Below, one piece after another: positions 1 to 10,845 of a stretch of 64,000 bases of DNA; positions within the stretch are counted from its first letter, which is position 1, and each line of letters starts with the position of its first letter. Source of the stretch: Octopus sinensis (lineage: Eukaryota); assembly GCF_006345805.1 (NCBI RefSeq), contig NC_043014.1:28148001-28212000 (forward strand), in the 5' to 3' direction. The position numbers and the translations under genes are program-made. Below the pieces are notes generated by a model. The model had not been told where the DNA came from and did not search any database. It saw only the letters and a list, made by a program, of their open reading frames with translations.

Positions 1-1159
1 TCTGCTTTGAGTGCACATATTTCCAGAAAACCTTGCTGTCAGGATTGGCTGCTATGCACTGTTCAAATTCAAGCACTGCTTTTTTTGTCACTTGCTTGAG
101 ATGGTTGGAGGATTTATTCCGCTTCTTCCTGTTGGTGTCTGATTTATGCAACCTGTATTCCCGTTCAGCAGTCCGACGTTCCCTCCTGGCAAGTCGGACC
201 GCTGAAGTTTCCCAAATTGCCCTTTTGGGGCGGTTCTTCTTTTTTTGTTTACGTGGCACTGATGCTGCACATGCTGCCCATATTGAGTCCAGGATACTCT
301 GGAGTATAGTATTCACATCTCCAGAGTTGTAGAATTCACGCCAGTTTGGGTGCTGTAGTTCAGTGTGGTACAGGTTCCAATCTGCTCTCTTCCAATCGAA
401 GGAAGCAGATTGGAGATGGTTCAGGTTTTTGTTGCCCGCAAGAGCCAGATTGGCGATGATCATAGCATGATCAGAGTCACCTAGAGGTTCCTCCGTAGTG
501 CAATTGATAACCGCTTCAGGAGTTGTGAAGAGCAGGTCCAAGGTGTTGTCGCCTCTTGTTGGAGAGGTGACTACTTGTGACCAGTTTGAGTCCAGCACAA
601 GCTCAACAAAATCGTTTGCACTCTGTGGCCATTGGAAGGTCTCCCAATTGATCTCAGGATGATTGAAATCGCCTGCAATAAACACATAAGTGGCTGTTTT
701 CCTGGCAGCAGCTCGGAGGACATTGCAAAGCTGTGTGTCCCGATGGTAACTTGGGGGACGATAAACAACGCCAAGCAGGAGTGTTGACATGGTCATACGC
801 ACGTCACAGAAAAAAACTTCTTCTTGTGATTCGTTCAAATCGGCACAAGGAATTACCAAAAAATTTGAACGAACGTAGACCATCACACCACCACCACGGC
901 GGTTAGTGCGGTCCTTACGGAAGAGGTTGTACCCCGTAATGTTGAAAACCCCATCACAGAGTAAGGAATGCGCCCATGTTTCCGTGACAGTGATGAAGTC
1001 AGGGTCAACACTTCTGACGTAGGCGTTGAACAAATGTATTTTGTTGCATAAACTGCGAGCATTTAAGGACAACAATTTGTACCCTGCTCGCAGTTTATGA
1101 TGGTGTGTAGAGGATGGCAGGTTGTTCTGGCTTAGTTTCCCTGAGTTGCTGTAGTCTTT
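1..1159 (-). CDS. LINE ORF2, N-terminal part: apurinic/apyrimidinic-type endonuclease plus linker (partial, no AUG start)
   Basis: I translated it by hand: 386 codons (1159 to 2) with no stop. Motifs are LNARSL, TETW, FRKDR..RGGGV, VYRPP, AGDFN, PTRGDNTLDL, GDSDH, FDWKRADW, VFWKYV. The first ATG is at 883, downstream of the catalytic Asn and Glu motifs. Confidence 0.92.
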
Positions 1160-1896
1160 TTAGTTATTGTGGGTAGAGAGCACTCAGACCAGCTGGTATC
1201 TCTCTTCCACGTTTCAGCAGTCTTGACAAATCTCCAGATTTGTCCATCTTCCCGAAGACTGAAGCTTTCCTGTAGAGCTGAGTTCCTATTCAGGGAAGCC
1301 ACTACATGTAGCTTCGGACGTACATTGGACGGTAAGCCTGGGCGTGTTCGGAAGGTGGTCCGATTTTCCCGCCCAGCTTTAACTGAGGCCAGATGGTAAG
1401 AGGTTGCCTCAGTGGGGTCCGTAAAAGACAACTTGATGAGCCTAGGTTTTGGGCCAGGTCGTCCAAGGCGGATAGCACCCGTTGGGGGAACGCAGCCTAG
1501 GTCTTTGGCTGAGTTGGCAGCAAAAGCCTGAAGATCAGCCATGTCTTCTGGCACCCCAATGGCAATGACTTCATGGGTGGCAGAATCCGCGGTCTTAAAT
1601 GCGACAAGAGGTACAGGTACAGGGAGGTTCTTTAGCAGAGCATTCCGATAAGACCCCTCATTGTGGAGTCCAACCTGAATGGTTGCTTTTATTCCTGCTA
1701 CTTCCCCTTTTAAAGCACAGATCGATTGTTGCAGTTCTGCAAGAACCGCACTGGTCAATTGGTGTTGTTGTTGTTGCTGCTGTTGCTCTGGTTGTGGTTG
1801 ATTTTGTTGTTGCTGTTGTTGTTGTTGATGTTGTTGTTGCTGCTGCTCTGGTTGTGGTTGATTTTGTTGTTGCTGCTGCTCTGGTTGTGGTTGATT

Positions 1897-1931
<35 letters not shown>

Positions 1932-2325
1932 CTGGTTGTGGTTGATTTTGTTGTTGCTGCTGTTGCTGTTCCGCCTCCTCCACGGGAGTGGCAGGGGGAG
2001 ACACAATCGTCGGTTGTGGAGGCACGCAGGCCTGACACTGAAAAGTCCAAGATTTAAGCTGAACCATCTTCCAGAGTCTATCCATCATAGCATTATGATG
2101 GCTCTTTTTTTGGCCTGGGATCTTCTGAAAGTCCGTGGCACATTGGAGGCAGACAGAGATGAGACATGTCCCACATTCGACCCAGCGATTACGGAACGTA
2201 TTTTCGGGTTCCGTACAGATGTGGCAGGTGTGATTTTCTGGGCAGTGTTCTATTTTAGAGCAGCGACCAGTCTTATCGCACGCCGCTATGGATTTCACCA
2301 TGGCGATTCTGTTGGTTCTGGTCAT
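1132..2325 (-). CDS. LINE ORF1 protein (397 aa): PHD-like zinc finger, polyQ linker, coiled coil, RRM-like C-terminal region
   Basis: CHIC-x13-CGTC-x4-C-x2-C...W...CQAC; heptad-like LAELQQSICALKGEVAGI; VIAIGVPE and IRLGRPGPKPRLIKLSF, typical of CR1/L2 ORF1; sits directly upstream of the APE ORF. Confidence 0.88.
1759..1970 (-). repeat. Coding compound microsatellite (CAA/CAG)n with four NQPQPE spacers in ORF1
   Basis: Plus strand shows (ttg/ctg)n runs separated by four copies of ctctggttgtggttgatttt; the reading frame is preserved. Confidence 0.95.
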
Positions 2326-2389
2326 CCGTAGAGACAGAAAATGTAAACAACAATACGATAAAAGTAAAATATAAAATATTTGTTTTTGA

Positions 2390-2503
2390 TTCGTTCTTTT
2401 TTGTGTATATTCCTTGTTCTTAAATATTGCGTGTGTATATACACATGTTTCGTTCTTTTTTGTGTATATTCCTTTTTTTCTTAAATATTGCGTGTGTATA
2501 CAT
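2390..2503. repeat. ~59-bp tandem duplication in the LINE 5' UTR
   Basis: ttcgttcttttttgtgtatattcct...cttaaatattgcgtgtgtata occurs at ~2390 and ~2449. Confidence 0.85.
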
Positions 2504-3118
2504 AAAAGTATTTGTGCGTATAGACACGGAGAAAGTTTGTAAACAGAAATGAAATTTTTGATTTTTTTGCAGTGTAGTCCGTCACATTAAATAGTGTGAT
2601 TTATTTTCACTCTGCACGTATATACATGTGTACTACAAGTATCTATGTATGTATGTATGTCACTGCTTTATAAATTTTGGACGTACTTACCGTCGTTCAA
2701 CGATTTCTTTTACCCTCAACTACACGTGGTGAATTCTTCCATTGTAGATCTGTGGTGGTCATCGTCGTAATATTTTCTCTTTAGTTTCCTCGCCAAATTG
2801 ATTATACCCTAATCAAACCATTTGTTTGTCTACTTGTGAATGTGTCTTTGTTTTAGTAACATTGTATTTTCCTCCTTTTCCTTTTTCATTCCCATATTAT
2901 ATGGAACTTCGGTGGACAGCTACTCTAAGACTCTGTATCATGACATGTTATTGGCTTATATGAGACAAGAAAAATGAGACAAGAAAAGAATAACACATTC
3001 AAATTGATATTTTTTAATTATAATCAGCTCACCCACTGCCCATTATCTACATGGCTGCTCATTTAAAAAGCATCTCTCGAATGGTTGTAACTTGAATTAT
3101 TGTTTTTATTTTGTATAG

Positions 3119-3195
3119 GGAAACTTCTTACAGTACTGAAGAACTTCTTGGTATGCTGCTAGAATATTGCAAACAGTTGGCAGAAAATTTTGCAG
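3119..3195 (+). CDS. HYOU1: HYOU1 visible exon 1
   Basis: tag|[27 protein letters not shown]|gt; 77 nt. Confidence 0.92.
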
Positions 3196-6100
3196 GTATT
3201 TAACATTTTGTTTTTTACTTCCTTTTCATCAGTGATGTAAATTTTAATTTTTATAACCTACTAATAATCACAGGTGCTGTGTCAGCTAGCAAATCTATAA
3301 CCCACACTTAAATTCCAGTAGAATCATCTATGTTACTAATGTCCTTGAGATAAACATGAATGTTACAATAACTCCATTTCATAATTCTTTGAATATGAAG
3401 TTTGGGATATTTCTATGAAAGAAATCTTGTTTTAATTCTCACTGCAAGGACAACAAATGCTTGGATAATAATTACAGATTAATCTCACGCGAAGTGATTC
3501 TTTTTGTAATGGAGACATCATAAGGAGATCATTACAACAAATATTGTTAACCAGATCATGTCAGTCTAGCCTATGATTAACCTTAACTTAGCAAGTCATT
3601 ATATACTTGCATGAAGTTAGTCTCTCAGTGAGGCTGAGTTCAAACTAATTTAATTAAATACCTGGAAGAAGACTAGATGACTAAACATTTTACTTTTCTG
3701 CTTCTTAATGAATTACCTTTAACTTCAGGAGAAGGATCAATATTTTTCTAGGTATGAAAGGCCTCATAAGATATTTCCTTGGTCTCTTGATTCAGGAGTC
3801 TGAAACCTCCCAAAATTACCTAGATGTAGCTCTTGTACTTGCTTCAGTTCTTTTCTCACAGAATAAGTACTTTTCTTGTTTGTTTCATTGAGATAGGTTG
3901 CCAACTGCAAAATTATATGGGCTGACATTTGACATGAGTTGGGAAAATATTCCAACCTATGGTGATAAGAAAAGCAAAAGTTTGTGCCATAGATTTTTTT
4001 ATAAATAGTTCAATTGTGAGATGGTGTCAGTTTTGGAAATAATTTGGAACTGCACTTTTGCTCTTTATTTGTCATGATATCTGTGTGTGTATATTATGTT
4101 TAGACCCAGGTCTGTCCTCATTAAACATACCTGTTAATGAAAAGCATTTCAGCAGTGACCATCTCATCATTTTCTGTGTGTAATACATTTAAATATACAC
4201 TAATGAAGAAATGAGGGTTTGGTTACTGTAAAACTTCACTATTTCTTATTCTTATTTGAGTAAAATCTAACTCATATATCACAAGCACTTAATATGCTGA
4301 AGACTATGTACAACAGAATATTCTTACATATCATGAAAAATATTTAAAAAACACATTTAAAGTCTTCTCATTATCAATCTATCACTGAAAGGCAGTTAAG
4401 GATCAGGTTAATGCAGAATCAAACTATACAAAAGAATCCTTTAATTCATTAAAAACTGGTGGTGTTGTTGGCTGAGGAAGTGTGCTGACAATGTTATATG
4501 AGGGCTGAGAGAGGCAGAAAGGGGACTAGATGTGTTTGAGGACTATGGTTGGTGTGACACATGGACAGGATGGTGAATGAGGAGGTGCAATGGTGAACAG
4601 GAATGAGAGAAAAACTAACAACCAAAATGGATAGATGAATGTTGAGGTTGTTTGACCACATGAAGAGGATGGATGAGGAGTGGATGGTAAGGAGGGTGAT
4701 GAAGGCAGAAGTGATAGGCAGCAGAACCAGAGGCAGACCTCAGTTTGTGTGAATGGATGGAGTGAAGAAAGCTTTGGTGGTTAGAGGTGTTGGAGTGAGA
4801 GAGGCAAGAGAGTTCATAAATGATAGGAAAGCTTGGAGAGTGTTTGTGGATGGATGAGTGAATTTGATGTTAATCAAGGGGCATGATGTGATGGGGGTAA
4901 ACTAGCATATGGTAAGGTAAGATTAGAGAACCATTATGGTTACTGTTGAGGGCTCATCTGTACTGGATATTACCCATTATCCACATCGATAGCTCATGCC
5001 TGTCTTGTCAAGCACTCTATGGAGCACTTTCTAGACACCAATAAAGACAGATGAATGCAATATTAAATATAGGTTTAAAGCATTGTGCTAGCTATGCAAG
5101 AGAGCTGGAGTCTTGTGCTAGAGATAATTAAGTGGCATGTTATGAATGAAAAAAACCTTGATATTCCGTGAGAAAAATTGATACAGGATAATCACAAGTG
5201 TTAGAGAACACGGGTTAACTTCTTTGTTTACACCATCTGTGACTACTGCATGTTTGCAGTGCCTTTGGGTATGTGTCTAAAGGATTTGGTTTGCTAGTCA
5301 CATGCAGGTCAACAATGGACAATTGTGTTAGATGATATCATCAGATAATGATCTGCTAAAATATGAATCTATTTATTTTTCCAGAACAAAATATCAAGGA
5401 TGTTGTGGTGACAGTGCCCACACACTTCAACCAGGCAGAACGTAACTCAGTCAAGGAAGCTGTTCACATCGGTGGCCTTAATTTATTACAACTGATGAGT
5501 GTGAATGCTGCAGGTATCTACCCTGATGTTTTTTTTTTTTCCTAATTTCACTGAGAATCAACATTTATTTTTAGCATACTTTGTCACTAGTTACTGTAAG
5601 GCTTTGTTTTTGGCCACTTTGTTAATTATTCTGAGAACAATATCTCTTATTGATTATTATTATGTATGATGGCTAGCTACCCTAAATAGTTTTTAAAACT
5701 TTTGATATAGACCTTCGTCTGAATACTTACTACTTTGATGTAGTGTTCTTATTGTTTGCTACTTTGTCATACATGTTGGTTAAAGACTCAATTTATTATA
5801 GTTTATTATTAGCAGATATGATGGAATCCTACATTCATATTCTCTTGTAGACAAACATGATAAATTACATATAGTATATTCTGTGTGTTTATAATCAATA
5901 TTCTTAATGACATTTACTCTGAAATTTATTTTATACATTTGTCATCATCATCATTTAACGTTCGTTTTCCATGCTGACATGGGTTGGATGGTTTGACTGG
6001 GGACTGGCAAGCCAGGAAGTTGCACCAGGCTCCAATATGATCTGGCAATGTTTCTACAGCTGGATGCCCATCCTAACACCAACCACTCCAAGAGTGTAGT

Positions 6101-9100
6101 GGGTGCTTTTTACGTGCCACCAGCATAGGAGCCAGTTGGGGTGGGGGTGCTGGCATCGACCACATTTGGACGGTGCTTTTTACTTGAGCCAGTCAGGCGG
6201 CACTGGCAACAACCCACACATGAATGGTGCTTATTGCTTACCACCAGCACGAGAGCCAGTCAGGTGCACTGGTATTGGCCACAACTACCATTTCCATTTT
6301 TGATTTTAGATTTTACTTGACTCAGTAGGTCTCCTCAAGCACAGTGTGTTGCCCGACAATTCAAAGGTACTTTTTAAATGGGTTAGTTATGTGACACTGG
6401 TATAGGCTACAGCTGTGATCTCACTTGACTTGTCGGGTCTTCTCAATCACAGCATATCTCCAGAAGTCTCGGTCTCTTGTCATCACCTCTGTGAGGCTCA
6501 ACATTCGAAGATCATGCTTCACCACATCATCCCATGTTTTCCTGGGTCTCCCTCTTCCACAGGTTCCTTCCACTGTTAGGGAGTGACATTTCTTTACACA
6601 GCTCTCCTCACCCATATGCAGCACAGTTATCTCTCTTGCACACCACATCTGATGCTTCTTACGGTCCAACATTTCTCTCAGGGCACTTACACTCTTGTGT
6701 GTGCACACTGACATTACACATCCAGGGGATCGTACTAGCTTCATTTCTTTCAAGCCTACACATGTCTTCAGCAGTTGTGGCCCATGTTTCACTGCCGTGT
6801 AGCATGGCAGTTCGCACATGTGCATCATACTGTCTACCTTTCACACTGAGAAGCCTTTTGTTACCAGCTTAGGTAGGAGCTATCTGAACTTTGCCCAGGC
6901 TATTCTTATTCTAGTGGCAACATTCTCTGAGCATCCACCACCCCACTCCAGACTTGGTCACCTAGGTAGCAGAAGCTGACAACTACTTCTAGTTTCTCCC
7001 CCTGACATGTGATGGAATCCATTTTCTGAGCATCTGCAGTGTTATTTTGCCCCTGTGCATCTGCTGCACACAAAAGCTATCATCCTGGTTAACCTTCCTT
7101 TGATGTTGCTGCACCTCTTATGTGTCCATAGCTTACACTGGGTACATCTTATGGAATTTTGACCTACACCTTTTCTACAGATTGAGCAGGGCCATCTATC
7201 TACCTGAAGGCGTTTGTGATTTGTTCACCTTCCTACTTACTAGGACTTTGGTTTTTGAAACATTGACTCTAAGGCCCTTCGATTCTAAACCTTGCTTCCA
7301 CACCTGAAATTTCTTCTCTAGTTCTGGTAGTGATTCTGCTATGAGAGCAAGGTCATCAGCATAGAGGAGCTCCCAAGGGCATATGTTTTGAATTCCTTTG
7401 TTGTTGCCTGGAGGACTATGATGAATAAGCGGGGGCTAAGGGCTGATCCTTGGTGAATCCCTACTTCTACCCGATATAAAAGTAATTTCATGGGTAGATG
7501 CTTCTATAGTTATTTAAAAATTTAGGTACCTTAAGGTTTTACTGTCAACAAACTTGGTTATTGAAAATTATTTTATACTATTCATTTTTTAACTAATTTT
7601 TTATTGTAGTTATGTTTAGAGATTCTATTAAGGTTTCTAAAGTTGTGATTTTGCAAATGTTTATACTTTTGATGACAATAATTTATCATTTGTAGTTGCC
7701 TTGAATTATGGAGTATTCCGTAGGAAGGATTTCAGCAACAAACCACAATACATTATATTTTATGATATGGGAGCCAGCTCCACAACTGCCAGTGTCGTTG
7801 GTGAGTTAAGTTTTTTTGTTTTATTTTGTTTTTGAAAACAACAAATTTAGTAGCTTTTAACACAACAGTGACAAATAGCATTGATGGTTTCAGGGAATGT
7901 TTAAGTATTTAGGCCCACAACAAAACACCGTTATTGTTGTCATTTTATGCTTTCTTTCCATGCTGATATGGGTTGAAAGGATCATTTTAGCTTTCTTAAA
8001 TGTGTTCAGCATGAGGACCACATTTTGCTTGTGAGCTTTATTTTTGGTTTGTTTTCTATGACCTTTCTAACACCAACTACTATACAGAGTGTATTGAGTG
8101 CTTTTTAAAGTGGCACCAGTGCTAGGGAAGACGGGGATGTGAGTGTAATGAATAGCAAGGGCTGGATAAATGGTGAAAGATAACAATGAGGCACATGTCA
8201 GTCTGTTAAAGTCTATATAACCTAGATGGTGAGAGAACTGGAGTGATGAGGATAAGAAAGGGAGGAATGTTGTTTTGGAGTTGAGGGTTGGGTAGATCCT
8301 CTGCCAACTTTAGTTACAAGGAAACCTATCTGACTCTCTCAACAACACTCCAGATTATATTGCAAAATATTCATGGTAACCCTTCAAAATATAGCAATAT
8401 TTGCTATTACTATCTTCATGTTTTGTTGTGCATTTGATATAATTCATTGCACCTCAGTTTCAGTGATCAGGTCATAGATATATGACCTAAAGTTGTATTA
8501 TTTCATAGTATATAATACTATTAACCCTGTTGTACCATGATATACCTTAGGGTCAGTTTGACCCCCATCATTAAAAATGCATTTAGATACTAGAAAATAT
8601 GATTTTCATGAATTAATTTGTAAATAAGAGACAAAATTATTAGTAGTTGATAAGAGGAAGCATTAGCAAGCAAGTTTGGATATAAGAAGTGTAGAGATTA
8701 TCTACTTTTGTTGATAAGACACCCTCTTACTCCACACAAAAGGAAAATAGTATGATGCTAATATCTGGCATTAGATTTTGAGTGGTTGTGACACAAGATT
8801 TACAGTGACTGGAGAGGTGCAGTAATATTGGAATTGATGAAAGGGACTTGAATGCATCCAAACTAGTGAGAAAGTAACTGTATAAGGAATTCTGCCCTAT
8901 TAAAGACACAAATAATAATGTGTAATGAACTTCTATGACTTATATTGATGATCTCAAACATATTTCAATGCATTTACTTATACTTTCTAGGACACTGAAA
9001 TATTTTAATGCATTTACTCTTATTTTCCAGGATACGTACTTAGTCAAAGCAAAGAAGATACCCGTGATATTAACCCACAACTGACCATACATGGAGTAGC

Positions 9101-10805
9101 GTAAGTTGCTTGGTAACTTTTATTCTTATAAGTTTGTGTTTAATTATTGCTAAAGCCATTTTAAATTTCAATACAGCTAAATCTAAGAGTTGTGCTTAGG
9201 AAAAGTCTACCCCAGTGAGATTTTCACTTACAGCAGAGGAGCATTGTGATAAGGAATTTAAAGAATTTATGGAATGCTTTTATTGTGTCCAGGGAGAGTC
9301 ATTACACCACAATGTTTCAATGCACAAATTCACATAAAGAATCTTTTAAACCAAATACAAAAACAAAGTGCCCTGCTTTTAATTATCCTGCATTGCTCTG
9401 AAGTTCTTTCTGAGTATGTCGCTAAGAAAATATAGTTATGTTTGTCTCCATTCTTCTGTTCTTTGTCTGAATGCCCCTCTTCATTAACATTTACCAAAGA
9501 GACTTTTCTATATAGTTTCTCAGATTTTTTTTAGCTACTATCCTCTGCTTTCTTTAATATGTATTATCACTCATAAAACAGTTAATGGAAAAAGCTATAC
9601 AAATATACAAACATTTATTTGGATAGACCCCCCCCCCAACAATGTTAACACCATGTGGAATAAATAATATGAGTAAGACAGCATTGCGATGTTATTCGAC
9701 ATCATAGGAATGTGCTAGATGTGAATGGAATTATAACAGCGGATAAGTTACCTGAGGCCTTCGAATCTATGCTTCTACATTTATAAACTATCAAAATGAT
9801 GTTTTCCAGCTATTTACATCAAACATTGTGACTTATCTGATTTCCAAAGAGGATGACTCAGAGTATGGATGCCTGGAGTTTCACTAAAATTGCTGAATTG
9901 TAAAATTATGTTGGCATTGCAAAACCAAGGTAAAACTAGGTGTGGTAAGCATAATTCCTGATGAAAAGCAAAGCTCACAAAGAAGGACCATAGATTAGTG
10001 AAACATATTATGTTTAAAAAACCATTGAATTATGGCAACAAAAGTAACAGCAGGGCTAGACTACCACCTAGCCAACCCTTGTGTCAACCAAAACCATTCA
10101 GCATGAGCTCCATGAAGTTGGATACCATGGGAGTGCTGCAATTACTAAACCTCTCTTGTCTCCCATCAACATTGATAAATGGGAAAACTGGTGTCTAGAC
10201 TACCAGAATTGGTCAATGGCTCAATAAAACGTCATCTCTGCTGAATCATCATGCACCTTTTTCCCACTTTAGGGTGAGTTTATGTCTGGAGACAGTTTAA
10301 AGACTGTTTGGCCTCCTAACATAAAACAGGAGGTGGCTCTGTGTTGATTTGGGCAGCCACATCTCCAAATTCTCTTGGCTCCTTAGTTATTCGACATGGT
10401 AGAGTTAATATCCACGATTATCTGAGTATTTTGGCTGATCATGTCTATCCTCTGGTGCAAACATTGTTCCATGATGGTAGCATAATATTCCAGGATTATA
10501 ATGCAGTAATTCACATATTATTCAAAATTGGTATCTCCTCTACAGCAGCACAGTAATCTTTCATCCTCTGACACAAGTTCCCCTCCTCAAATGCTACTGC
10601 CCCTCTCATAATTCCTTGTCTTGTGAGTGCTGCTGCTATATAAAAAGCATTCAATCACACTGTAAAATGGTTGGCATTTGGAAGGGCATCCAGCCAGAAA
10701 AACCCTGCCAAAACAGACACAGTAGCACAGGGTAGTTTTTCTATCTGGTCAGCTCTTGTGGACCATCCTACCCTTTCATGTTAAATGATGGTGATGATGA
10801 TGATG

Positions 10806-10845
<40 letters not shown>

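Larger units (their letters stand above)
1..2600 (-). mobile_element. CR1/L2-type non-LTR retrotransposon (LINE), 5' half, antisense in a HYOU1 intron; RT domain and 3' end lie left of the window
   Basis: Two intact ORFs: ORF1 2325-1132 (PHD-like finger, coiled coil, RRM-like) and ORF2 from 1159 to the window edge (APE endonuclease). The region is visibly more GC-rich than its flanks. The 5' boundary (~2600) is approximate; no TSD can be checked. Confidence 0.9.

Noticed and set aside
1599-2331. Long ORFs in alternative frames (152, 130, 201, 83 aa; poly-V, poly-T, poly-L, poly-N)
   Set aside because: They are shadows of the (CAA/CAG)n repeat in LINE ORF1.
2640-2960. Upstream HYOU1 exon, or a spliced LINE 5' leader (minus-strand gtaagt at 2689)
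   Set aside because: No HYOU1-like peptide in any frame, and a lone donor motif is not enough evidence.
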